DNA of 64,000 nt, taken from contig OX597832.1 of NCBI GenBank assembly GCA_951406725.2, forward strand, positions 71,238,001 through 71,302,000. Reading direction: 5' to 3'. The notes below the pieces were generated by a model. It was not told the origin of the DNA and did no database searches. It saw only the letters and a program-made list of their open reading frames with translations. The DNA is from Octopus vulgaris (Eukaryota). Shown here one piece after another: positions 51,560 to 64,000 of this stretch (its first letter is position 1; the number at the start of each line of letters is the position of its first letter). A program made the translations under genes and the position numbers.

Positions 51560-52750
51560 ATTTCGATTATCCCCATGTGGTGAATTGTGATATGGAATAT
51601 CCATGTTTAATTAAGGATAAATATTGGATTTTGTTTATTTTCGATGTATTTGGTAGAGCCATCAGTGACTTAATTTGTTGGCATTCTATACAAATCAGGA
51701 GATGTAAAGCAAGAATTCACACACAATTTGATGTTTTTATGACAGACTTTAATATTCACAGTTTTGAGTCATCACTAATAAGTGTATAAGTGGTGAAGAG
51801 GATAACAAAGATTAAAAACAGAGCCCAAGTAATAAAGGGAAACCAAAACATAGAAATTAATGTAGTTTTAAGCAGTATATCTCAATCTGTAAAAAAATTC
51901 AATAGCAAATTCATATGCTGAAAAAACTATTTGACACAAATGTGGTGAAGTTAGTGCTTTCCTACCAGATTTATTTGACATCTCCACTGAAGATATGACC
52001 AATGAAATAGAGCCAAACCTACAAGATTTGTTGTTATAAGAAAGTGATCCTGAAGAAAAGAGAATCTTGCTATTTAGACGGACAAGTTGGCTACAACAGT
52101 TGATATGTATTGAAAAATTAATATGTACCAAGCAAACACTGTGTTACATATTCAAACAAACTGAATTCACTATAAATCTGAAATTAATTGTATTTTGAAC
52201 TTTTAGCATCTAGTATAATCAAAGAAATATTTCCAAATATAGAATTAAATGGGCACTCCTTTCACCTTAGAATATGAAAAAATATATTGCTGCAATGGAT
52301 TTAATTCCTTGTTATAAATATGTCAACTTTTCATTATAAGTGAAAAAAAATATTAACCCTTGTATTTATGCCTATTAACCATTAGAGTATACTAGAGATA
52401 CCTTCGCTGTTGATTTATCAGCAGAGCATATGCCAGTTTTGAACTGGCCCAAAAACAATTTTATAGATCAAATACATAACTGAAAATTGGATTGAAAGTA
52501 TGGAATTTTTGCACTTAAAATAATGTAGATAGAAAACAAAAAAAATCATTGTTTGTAGGGCCTTTGATTTACAGCAGAAGCAAATCAAAAGCTCTATAAG
52601 CAATCAGAGAGGGAGCAGCCATTTGGAAGTTTATCAATACATTCAAAACAAATTTTAAAAAGCTTGAGATACTTATTCAGAGCCACTCATAGTTGGCAAT
52701 GCACCATCAGACAAGTTGATGTGACATAGTTGAATGAATTCTTAGAATAG
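51560..52750 (+). pseudogene. Highly degenerate MULE-like transposase remnant
   Basis: Frames give LLL*ESDPEEKRILLF and NPCIYA, resembling MULE LLYDSG..RILIF and PCVYALL. Many stops. Confidence 0.35.
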
Positions 52751-53320
52751 TCTGAAATTTCACTTCATGAAAACTCATTAAATATTCCTACATTATAATA
52801 AATGATATAAAAGGTTGGTTGGCTTCTCCAGTCATAGTTTACATCATATAGAAAGGGAGGAAGAGAGTAAAAGGGAAATACAGAAAGAGTTAATACAAGA
52901 AGGTACAGGATGGATGCACATACTAAGCTTGGTGGCAGGCAATGAGTAAATAAATGCTACACACACATACAAACACACACACACATGCACACACACAAAG
53001 GAAAGAGTCATAGAGAGAGGGGCTAGAGAGGAGAGGGCATAGGTACAAATATATACATGTTTGTATATATATTGAGAGAAAAAGAGAGAGAGGGAGAGAC
53101 AGACAGGTAGAGACAGAGAGAGGGAGATAAATGTGTGTGTGTGTGAAATTCCAAAATTTAAATTCAACATGGAGAGTAATTTTTGTTTATGATTTTTTTC
53201 ACTTTTTGAATACCATTTCATTTCATTTTATTTTAAGGTAATAAATATTTTCTTTCACAAACAGGACAAAAAGTACTCAATACATATTGTAGTGTATAGT
53301 TATTTATTGTACACAGTTGA

Positions 53321-53322
<2 letters not shown>

Positions 53323-53404
<82 letters not shown>
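53323..53404. repeat. (GT)n microsatellite
   Basis: Seen directly in the sequence. Confidence 0.95.
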
Positions 53405-53405
<1 letters not shown>

Positions 53406-54879
53406 TGAGATTACATTTATTCATCACTATAACTTTTATTGAAAATACTAATCAGTGAAGGAAATGTGTCTTGCTGTTTATCAGAATTGTTCTAACACTA
53501 TTTCCTTCTCTTGCAACACAAATTGAAATTATATTCACAGACTTTCTTTCTTTTTCAATTTAAAACCACTTTCCAAGATGCAATACTTAAGCTATAAAAT
53601 GAAAATAAACATTAAACATCTACAAAATTTGAAATTGCAACTCTATAGACACTTCAGTATTCTTCCACTATCAAATTCACACATTGTAAAGTACATAAAA
53701 TACAATATGATTGCTATAGTGAAAGAACACCTTTAAAAATGTAGCAAAGTTGCAAAAAGATCCACTAAATATTTTTTTTCACCTCTGAGAACCTAATAGG
53801 AAAAAAGTATTATATTTCCCAAAAGATAAATTGTATAGATAATGTTGAAGGTGAGCATATAAAAAAGATACTACCAAAATATATATGATTAGAAAGATGG
53901 ATTATCAAATTGTTGCATAGTAAGTGAGAAAGCTGACAACATGCTAGATTGTATTCTGCTATCCAATCAACAATTGTTAATGTTGACTGCTGTGATTGCA
54001 ACTCTCCTGTGTTAGGTTATGCTTTGCTAGAGAACATTGATCAATGCCAAACATCGGAGTTAATACTGTTTCCATTAACAAGATTTGGTGTGAAAGCATT
54101 CCTCTTGTGGCTTTCTCTAACTACAACTTAATGCCCATTTTTATATCAATGTTGGTAGTCCACCAAAATAAACCCCCTGTGGGAATAGACTTACTTAAGT
54201 GATTTTTATATAGCTGTGATAAGCTAGAAAATACTTTCAACATACTGCAGCTTTTTCTGTTGCAGTTGATATTTCTAGTCTATTGTTATCAAAATAACTA
54301 TAATCTGTTAGTTCTGAATAAATTATCAAACAGAAAAGAGGGAAAAAATTATAATTAAGCAATAACAGTTTCTATATCAGCTAATCAAATGCTTTTGGAT
54401 CTGTTTGTTTCTTTTTTTCTCAAATATATTCAATTTCATGCTGGTATTTACATGGCTGTAAAGCTTTGAAATAATAATATCTTATTTGTGTCACAAGGGC
54501 ACTGATTTATACAGTGTGTCAATAATTGAAGCCACTATACAGTTATTTTATTTGCTAATAATATAAGCCAAACCGCCATCAAATTACCCCCTGCTGTCTT
54601 AAAAATGGATAATGTATCTCTTCATACCCAGCTTTAAAAGCTAAATAAAACCAGATGGCATGGCTAGGATACCTTTACTCATAAGTTTGTTGATGAAAGT
54701 AGGGTTAATTATCAACAAAGGCTCCTCTTCCCTAAACATACTTGCATGTATACATACACATACTTAGTTACACATATCCATACATATATACATGCATGCA
54801 TTTTTGTACATATGCTTGTATGTATGTATGTATGTAAGTATGTATGTATGTATGTATTTATGTATGTACTGTTCTGACC

Positions 54880-55772
54880 TTGTCTACAGAATTTATATTT
54901 TTCTGTCCAAATGATTTTGAAGACTGTTGAATAAATGGTAATCAAATGGGGCAATGTCTGGTTAATATGGTGGGTACGGTATCATTTTCCATTCAAGCTG
55001 CTCAAGCCTTTGAAATGTCATCCTCACTATATGTGGCCGAGCATTATCCTGATGAAAGAACACCCTTTGTCATGAAACCAAAGATGGCTGCTTTTCTTCT
55101 AGTGCTGACTCAAGCTGCTCGCAGTAGATCTCCTCTGTTATCATTTGGTTTGAGTTTAAGAGTTCAAAGTGGACTAAACCTTTCATATCCCACCAAACAG
55201 ATAACAACACCTTACGTGGGTGAATACATTTTTTAGCCTGGGGTGCTGGTGTTTCTCCTTTCCCTATCCACTGTTTTCAGCACTTGGCATTTTTATAGAG
55301 AACCTATTTCTCATCACCAGTCACTATTCAGTAAAAAAAAAAACTCATTTGTGAGATGTGACAGCAAAGAAGAGCACACATTCACTCCCTGCATGCAATT
55401 AGACTTGGAAAGTTTGTGAGGAACCCATTGACTCAATTTTCTACCTTCTCTGATGGCATGCAGATGTCGATGAATGGTTGAATGACCAAATCCAAGCCTG
55501 TCTGCTAGTTCCTCAACAGTTACGATTGGATTTTGTTCCACCAGGGTTTGCAGGACATCCTTGTCAAGCTCTATGGATCTTCCAGGATAAAGCTTGTCTT
55601 CTAGGCTGTAGTTTCCAGCTCAGAATTTCTGGAACTACCATTGACACTGGCTTACACTTATTGTCTGATCCCCATAAACTGTATTAATATTCCTCACACT
55701 TTCCATTGCATTGTTGCCTTTATTGAACTCATAAAGCAAAATATGCCAAATATGCTTCTTTGTCACTTCCAT
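54880..55772 (-). pseudogene. Mariner (Mos1-like DD34D) transposase pseudogene
   Basis: ORF 55314-55541 reads EQNPIVTVEELADRLGFGHSTIHRHL..WVPHKLS. Broken downstream frames give HQDNARPH and PYPPY.PDIAP.DYHLF. Confidence 0.85.
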
Positions 55773-55789
55773 TGCTGAGAACTATCTGC

Positions 55790-56305
55790 ATCATCTTGCT
55801 ATAAAAGCAGGTAGTAATTATACCTTGTACTTATTCTTATCACAAGTTTTGAAGAGTGCAGTTCGACTTTAACAGTTATCTTTTCAAAGCTATAATGGAA
55901 GTGACAAAGGAACATATTCGGCATATTTAGCTTTATGAGTTCCATCACATACAGTGAGGATGACATTCCAAAGGCTGGAACAGTTTGAATGGGAAACGAT
56001 GCCTCACCCACCATATTCACCAGACATTTCCCCATCTGATTATCATTTATTCTGCAGTCTTCAAAATCATTTGGACAGAAAAAATATGAATTCTGTAGAA
56101 AAAGTCAGAACAATACTGAAGCAATATTTTTCATCATGGACAAGTGAATTTTGTGAGAGGGCCCTTGCAAGTTTACAAGATAGATTGAAGAGCATTGTAG
56201 AAAATGAAAGAGAGTATATTTTAGATAAAAAAAAAAGTAACTTAATTTTGAAAAATAAAAATAGTATAAAAAATTGAAATTGCATTATTTATGGAATGAC
56301 AATAT
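55790..56305 (+). mobile_element. Internally deleted mariner, head-to-head with the previous copy
   Basis: MEVTKEHIRHI start fused to WETMPHPPYSPDISPSDYHLFCSLQNHL. TIR-like end TGCATTATTTATGGAATGACAATA. Confidence 0.8.
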
Positions 56306-57609
56306 AAAGCAAGGTGTGATATTATTCTGCACATTGTTAAATGCATTAACTTAGAGAACAAGACAACCACTAGAGAGATTAGTGATTTCTTTTTATTTAA
56401 AATATACTTTGTATAATAAGTCACACCTTATAATTTTGTATCTGTGTCTGTTCCTACCAGTTTTGTTATTTTTGTGGCCCCTATTTGATGAAATAATTAT
56501 CCAATTATTTTTTAATAACCTTACTTTATCCAATTCTAAAATGTCTTTTTATTTTGAACATGCTCTCTATGACTGTTCATTTCATATTTATCACTGTGTT
56601 CACTGTCTGAAAGTATGTCATTTCTTGGTTTCTCATTTGGACAGATTATCGTCAACACATATTTCTTGAACATCTTATTTTGTAAAATTTCATTATTCCA
56701 ATTCCTTTTTCTACACTAATTTTTCAACAGCTAAAGGAGAGCAATGCCTAGTTTCCAACTTCTTCAACTGTAAACAACTTATGTATTTAATATAAGGGTA
56801 AAATATTATGTCCCAAACATAATTTGAAATCTAAAGCAGTATTATTTTAAATTTATTGAGTTAGACTTTAAGTTTTACATTCTATGTATTTCACTTATTT
56901 ACTGTTCAATTGAAATTATTATTTATTTATTTATTACTATAACATAACACAAAAGACCATAGCATTTAATGTTTCAGTCAAAATACATTTTGGTGAACTT
57001 ACTTTAAATTTACTTTTTAATAAAATCTTATTTATTATTTATTTCAGCATACTGCTCTTCAATGAAAATAATGAACCATTTTTCAGTCTTTAGTTTAGAT
57101 TTTCATTACCCATTACTTGAATGAATATTCAAAGGGGATAAAATGTTTACTCATAGATTCATAACTTAGATAAATTTTCCAAATAAATTTATCAAAAAAA
57201 AAAAAAAAAGAAAAAGAAATTAATATGAATCATTTATCACCAGGGAATTCCTTTAATTTTGCTTGGAAAAAAATTGTAAATATGTTGAAGCAAGTAGTTT
57301 TTAGTTATTTTTAAATAAAAATTTTACTCTGAAACATTGATTTACTTTAAATCTGACAGAAAAAAGTTGTATTTTGCATAATCTACATTTTATTTATTTA
57401 TTTATTTGGTTCTTATTTTGATATACAAAAACATTTAGTCACACATCAACTCATACTCATAGATGAATATACTTATTTTACATGTACATACATATATCTA
57501 TATGTACCATCAAAGATTTTAAAATATTCTTTGATTTAAATGGATGTATTTTGATTTTATATCTTAAATATGCAAATGCTAGTGTTAAAGAGAAATTCAT
57601 GATAACATT

Positions 57610-57611
57610 AG

Positions 57612-57645
<34 letters not shown>

Positions 57646-57835
57646 GGTGGTGGTGGTAGTGGTGGCGGTGGCGGCGGTGGCAGTGGCAGCAGTGGTGGTG
57701 GCAGCCGCAGCGGCGGCAGCAGTGGTGGTGAGGAAGGCAGCAGCAACAGTGGCTCTGGCAGCAGTAGTGGTTAGAGCAGTAATGGTGACGTTGGCAGTGG
57801 TGGTGACAGCAAGGACAATGACAATGACGATGATA
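57610..57835. repeat. Compound trinucleotide repeat (GAT/GGT/GGC/GCA)n
   Basis: Seen directly in the sequence. Confidence 0.85.
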
Positions 57836-60384
57836 AAGATATCAATAATATTAAGAAGCATCTGGAAGTAGAGGCATTGTGACCATCATTAATTGAAGTA
57901 GATACATGTATTGCTAGATAGAAAAGGACAAGAAGGGTTTGTGAAAAGGATGGTATCTCTTATAATTAGTTCATATTGAAGAGGTGGATTACATGAATGT
58001 TATAATAAGATGCAGGTGTAACTGGCACTAATACCTGAGGTGATACACAGAAATAAGTGACTAGAGATGAAATTAATTTTATTTGTTGTTTAATTTTTTT
58101 TTATTTATATTTTTATATATATTCTTAGAAAAGTTAGCATCCTCATCTTCATCTTCATCAGTGTTGCTGTTGTTATCATCACCATCATTTTTGCTTCCCT
58201 ATCCTCATATCATTTCCTCAATTCCCCTTTCTGTCTCCTACTCTTCTTTCTTCTTTTTTATTAATGTCATCATTATCCTCAATGCTGTTGTCATCACCAT
58301 CATCATCAGGTCTCCTATATAAATTTTCAACCAATTTAAATTTAGCTCTTTTGTTTATTTCAGTTCCTTTATGTCAGTCAAAACTACAGCTAAGATTTAT
58401 TTCCTTTCATCAGACTGGCAATTTCATAGCTATTGGTGTCTGTCAAAGAAATTAGATAAGCATCTCAGCAAAAGAAGTTGGTAACAGGGTTTTGTCTCCT
58501 AATTGAAGCTATTTCAGGTCACTGCCATCATTATTATCTTCAGAAGAAAGAGTTAGAAAAAAATACATGAAACTCACCCAATATTATTTTGCCACTTTTT
58601 CTATCACAATATCTTATAAATATGTAAGAAATCAATTTATAATACTTATTTAGATGGATAAACAACCATCCAGGATTGTACATACTTCCTCAATCTACAA
58701 AAATTTGATAGTTCAGTGGATGGAAGGGTGGTTGAGAAAATGAAACACAGAACTGAATACTTTTACTGTGCGTAGTTTGCTATCTCGCTGATCTTACTTC
58801 ACATTCTACTATAATTCATTATATAAGGTATCTATAATAGTCACAGCTGTTGCTGTCTAGTCAAGAAGTTTGTTTTGCAATCACATGCTTTCAGGTTTGA
58901 TCTTACTGCTTCACAACTTGGACAAGTATCTTCAGCCCTAGCCTCAGACCAACCAAAATTTTGTGAGTGAAAGGTAGTAGAAAGAAACTGTGTAGAGGCT
59001 GTATAGAGAAAATATTCCCATTCTCGGGTGGTAGACTTAATCCACTGGCCTGTTTAACACCACTACCTGACCTTTAGGAGCTTTTAGCAGAGTCCACTAC
59101 GTTGCAGGCATTTGAAAAAAAACTTCCTTCTTTTCTCCCACAGTCATGAAAGCTCTGAAAAGGGTTCCGAGTGCTTTGTTTCCTCTTTCAATTGAACATT
59201 TGAAAAACAATGTAACAAAGTACAATATTCAACCATACATCTTTCTTTGTCAAAAATTAACCTTCTCACTAATGAGAAGAAAAAAGCTACTATATGATAA
59301 ATCCCATTTCTACCCAGTTACAGCTGGTTGTATCCATGGAATGTTGGAACAGCCCTCAGTATTGCATCACCAGTTAGTTAACTCACAAACAGTTTAAACA
59401 TTAATCAAACATGTATGAATAAAACATACTGTAAACAAAAGCAACACTAGATAATGTTTTCTGGACCTGTAATATTACTAAGTTCAAGTTATACCATGGA
59501 GCCTTGGAGAAGAATAGTTTACTCTACATATAAACCTAACATGAGTTTAGTTTTCACTTTAGTGATGACCCAATGACTTTGGTAGTTTATGGGACTCACC
59601 TCCAATTTTAATCACCACCATATTGTTGAGGAATAATTATCAGTTCAATGACTGCAGAAGAAATTGAATAAATTAATGATAATCTGAAATTGTTGAATTT
59701 GAATATCATAATATAATGTTAAACTTTTAAAATTTTGAATATTTTTAGATGACATGTCAAAAATTTCTCTCTTTCAAACATTCAGATATTTCCATGAGTC
59801 AGTGAAGTTAGTTTTTGTAAATTTTTTAATGGTAGAATTCACCTGCTAATGCCAACTATTCAATAGTTACAGAAACATAGTGCAAGCTTTTAATTAGTTT
59901 GACTTTTTAATTTTGTTTGTTAATCTGTAAAGTAAGTGTTAGTGCTATTAATTCTTTCAGTAATTCCCTTCTCTCACTTCAGCGATACAACTGGGAAAAA
60001 TGAATGTGATTGTTGTTGAGATCTTGTAGTTGATGTCATTTGAACTCTTATAGCTTAATGGTCAGCAAGTAAATGTGGACAGGAAGGGAATCCTAGAGTG
60101 GACATAGTTTAAAAGAGAAGAGCTGAACAAAGTGAAGAGAAACAAGCTGTCTCTGAAACATTCTCTTTTTTTAACTTCATTGAATTGATTTTCATTGACA
60201 CAGATCTCTATTAATCTTTTTGAATTGTAGTGGTTACCTTTGTTTCTTATCTGGTTGAGTAGAAAAAAAAATCCTGTGGTGCATGAGAAGAATGTGCACT
60301 GAATGTGTTTAGGCAGCAACAGTAGAAGTGGTAGTGTTGGTTGTAGGAAGTTACATAGAGATAGCAAATAATGACTTAAAATTT

Positions 60385-60588
60385 TGGCACAAGGCCAGCA
60401 AGTTTGGTGGGGGAGGGGTAAATTAATTACACCAACTCCAGTATTTAACTGGTACTTATTTTATCTACCCCCAAAAGAATGAAAGACAATGTCAACCTCG
60501 GTGGAATTTGAACTCAGAATGTAAGAAAGGATGAAATGCTGCTAAGTATTTTGCCAGGTGTGCTAACAATTCTGCCAGTTTGCCATCT
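60385..60588 (-). mobile_element. tRNA-derived SINE family 2
   Basis: Minus strand GATGGCAAACTGGCAGAATTGTTAGC..GAGTTCAAATTCC..AAGTACCAGTT. Confidence 0.75.
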
Positions 60589-60798
60589 TGGAGATGACAA
60601 ATATTGAGAAGACATTGTGATTAAGATAAAAGATATAGAGATAGCACAGCTTCAGAATAGTGCAGCAGTTAGATTGTGTCAGGTAGAGAGCATTATTGTT
60701 TTGGATATTGTTTTCAGTGCAAGGGAGAGAGTATGTGTATTTGTGTCTGTTTGTGTATGCATGTATGTGTGTGTTTGTGTGTGTGTGTGTGCATGTGC

Positions 60799-60833
<35 letters not shown>

Positions 60834-62399
60834 ATGTGTGTGTGCACGTGTGTGTGCCTACGTTTCTCTTTCTGTGTCAGTATGCAAGAAATTCATCAAT
60901 GCTTAAGGGTAAGATAATTGCTATGAAATGATGGTACAGATTTACATGTGATAGAGATAGGTGAAATAAGACTTTTGCATGAGGTTAGTTAGCTTAGACT
61001 TTAAAAGATTAAATCATGTACATGACACAGAGCTTAACATGCACTGAAAGGTGCTATATTCAAAACCCCTATGGAAATATGTACATTACAACAGCAGCAC
61101 TTATAAAGCTAAGGATGTTAATAATATTAGTGGTGATGGAGGTAATTGTTTTTGTTTAGCCCCAAGTCAGCTATTACTAAGTAGTACTATTATCGAAAGC
61201 ATTGCTGTAGTGATCAACCCCTTTTTTTTATTCTTCCAAGATAATTTATAGTCCTAGAGGACTATATCATCAATGAGATTTCCCTTTTGAAAATGGTAAG
61301 GTATGATTTGAAAGAGATTTGGCTTTTATTTTTAACAGGAAAGCAATCACATGTGGGTTCTTTTGTTGGTTGCTGCTGCTACTGCTGCTGCTGCTGATGA
61401 TGATGATGGTTGGCGGGGATGATTGTTGTGGGGTGGAGGTGATGGTAAGAATGCTCATAAGGATGATGTCAGAAATGATAACGAGGATTATGTAATGGCA
61501 TAGTTTTCAAGCTTTGTACTTTCCTAACATTCAAATAACTCTTTCATCTCAGCTGATTGAAGTAAGCAGTGTAAATTGTTTTGTTTTGTTTTCTCCCTAA
61601 TGGTTCATCATAATGCCATAGGCAAAGCTCCTACTTATGAACATTAGAGTAAACAGTCCAGAGCGTTAATTATTCAGCCCATCTTTAAAATCTTTAGAAT
61701 CTTTAGAATCTATAAATCTGATTTTATCACTTTTAAATAGCATATATTTTTATCTCTTAAAACATTTAATGTTTCGTATCTCAGAATTTATGAGTGTTTA
61801 CATTTTTTTCTTTCTTGATGGTGAACTATGAGTATAGAATATAAATCATATTTTAACATAAATTTTTAAAGCTTTCTTAATATTCCTTGCTATACAAGTA
61901 ACACTATATTTTCTGACGTCATAGTTTTATAAAGTGAACGACAACAGCACGAAATAAATTCATGGTGTGTAAAATGCAGAGGAAATTTTATTCTAAGAAA
62001 ATTATATAGTCTCAGTTTATTCAATGATATAAAGTAGATTTAGTACAGTATTTTTGTTTGGATTTTATTTGAGCATTAAAATACATTAAGTTTGCAAGAA
62101 TGTCGAATCATTACAGAAATATTTTAAGCCACTGCTGATCATAAATGATATAACATACATAAACAGTCTCAAATTATAGCTGTACAAGAGAAAAAGAGAA
62201 ATTAGAAAAACAAAGGCTTGGTCATGCGGGTAAAAAATTTCTCTTTGTAACCGTGTTGTTCTGTGTTCAATCTCATTTTGAAGCACTTTAAGAAAGTGTA
62301 TTATATCACAGTCTCAGTTTAGTCAATGATTTATTATTGAATTTGATATATAAAAACTGTGTAAGAGATTATATATATATGTTTCTTATGGGATTTTGT

Positions 62400-63395
62400 T
62401 TAGTTCTTTTACTTGTTGGGGTTGGAGACAGGGGCAGTGACCATATATTTTGCAGGACCTCTGAGTTTGTTGAGCTTGATGCTGTTAATATTCTATTTAA
62501 TCTGTTAAAGGTCAACATCTGCAAGAAAAGAAGAGTTAAGAGAAGATTTCAGATGGACTATATTCTGGAGAAGAAGAACTGATTATAGTGATTAATATGG
62601 TGCTGAGTGGTATTGGATACAACAAGAGTGATAAGAGGTGAAAAGACAAGTGGATTAGGGGTTCCTGATTCAGAAGGTATAAGAGCAGTCAGCTCTGAAG
62701 ATGGAAAAGACTGAGGGAGGAGACTGCATGCCTCTGGGTTGGAGACAGGAGTATGTCCATTAGGGATCACTTGTCAATCAGTTGAGTGATTTTCTCTGAA
62801 TGCAGCTCAGAATTTCTGTGTGCATATAGGAGGAATAGTCCATTGTGGGCTTCATGTGAGTTTAATAAGGTGTCAGTAACTGTTGGCATCCAAAATACTT
62901 TCTGGCCTCAAAGAGAAAGTATTTTGAGATGTCGTACTAAATATGTTATGGCTGTACTTTCACTAGGAGAGATTTTTAGTGATAGTAAGGCCAGCATTTG
63001 GTGTGACCATGAGAACTCTGAGTGCCACTCATGTTTAGAGGGTGTGTACCATAGTGGTGTTTTTTTTTTTTGATATGTGTAGTGCTTAAGCTTTCTTTTG
63101 CTGTCAAAAGAGACAAAGTTGGCATGGCCTGACTGAAGGATGCCTTCAAAGTTTCCATTCATGATAATGATGCAGCTTTGGCATTTGATGTCTAGGTTGC
63201 ATGAGAATGATGCATGGTTGAGGAAGATTGTGGAGAAATGAAGGGTCATGTCATTAGCATAAGAAAGGGCTTTGTTGGATGTGATACCAAGTAGATGATT
63301 AATGCATAGAAGGAAGACAGGAACAAAACCAAATGCTGAGGAGTATAAGAGTTGAGTGAGAACAGGACAGTAAGAGTTCCATCAATACATGTCAT
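62400..63395 (-). pseudogene. CR1/L2-group LINE 3' fragment (RT C-terminal half and tail)
   Basis: Minus frames give PVFLLCINHL..SYANDMTL (degenerate YADD) and HINHYNQFFFSRI, followed by an A-rich tail. Confidence 0.6.
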
Positions 63396-64000
63396 CATGC
63401 AGTAATCTGATGAAAAAAGAAATACAAATCAAAGATTCTGTTAAATATTACTTATTCCTATTGTAATAGGTTTTGAAAAAAAAAATGAATACAAAAATAT
63501 TGGTTTCTTTTAACTCAGATTAAATATTATATATTTTAGAAGAAAAGAGAAGTTTTGATATTTATGTTTTATTTGAAATTAGTGACATAAATAAAGTGAA
63601 ATGGTTCCTACTGAAAATCACAAGCAATTCTTGAAAATGGATTTCAATAAGTTTACTCCTTGCACAACCAAGCTGCTAAATATGTCTAAATTTTGTTTTC
63701 TTGGATTGTAGCTCACTTAGAGGAATAAAAACTCAATCTATTTTGATAGGCATGAAACAATTTTCAAATTATATTTATTCGCTACACCACATGTTTTACC
63801 AGTCCACTGCTGTAATTATGTAATATTATATAGGTCTTGTACCCTTGAGCAATGCTTCTAACTCTACTTGTTCCAGTGAACTTAACAAAAAGACAGTTGC
63901 AGTCTGTTTCTCAAAACAGAGGATGTGAAAATCTTGTTTTTACTCTGAAGAACCCAAAACATTGGATACTCTACACCTCATGCAATTTCATTGTACTCTT

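Noticed and set aside
57478-57871. Poly-Val/Ala and poly-Thr/Ala ORFs on both strands
   Set aside because: Compound trinucleotide repeat with no splice or domain evidence.
59120-59397. Polypyrimidine-CAG followed by ORF MKALKRVPSALF as a possible coding exon of the host gene
   Set aside because: No recognisable protein similarity and no convincing donor; such acceptor-like sites are common in AT-rich DNA.

Overview
Eukaryotic, AT-rich and microsatellite-dense genomic DNA made almost entirely of transposable elements. The SINE families and (TA)n/(CA)n/(TACA)n load suggest a coleoid cephalopod such as Octopus; this is inference. No intact host protein-coding exon could be identified. The only host-gene signals are a candidate promoter (RFX X-box plus NRF1-type palindrome near 20.4 kb) and a candidate non-coding first exon ending at a strong donor (21783|21784). 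Main content: (1) a complete CsRn1-clade Ty3/Gypsy LTR retrotransposon (2667-8254, minus) with about 99% identical LTRs, GATC target-site duplication (TSD), tRNA-Trp primer-binding site (PBS), CHCC gag knuckle and a TTTAAAC -1 frameshift site; (2) a 4.2-kb near-identical tandem duplication (9327-17846); (3) many Helitron pieces, including a Rep/PIF1-helicase remnant; (4) decayed Tc1/mariner, Merlin, hAT, MULE, Penelope, RTE and CR1/L2 elements, MITEs and SINEs. The most unusual observations are four fold-back inverted duplications within about 9.3 kb (40.3-49.6 kb) of Helitron/(TA)n-rich DNA, and three divergent non-coding repeat families that share a fixed-spacing, hammerhead-core-like motif (CGAAAY-N21/22-GACTGAAGA). 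All assignments come from reading the sequence by eye; no searches were run.
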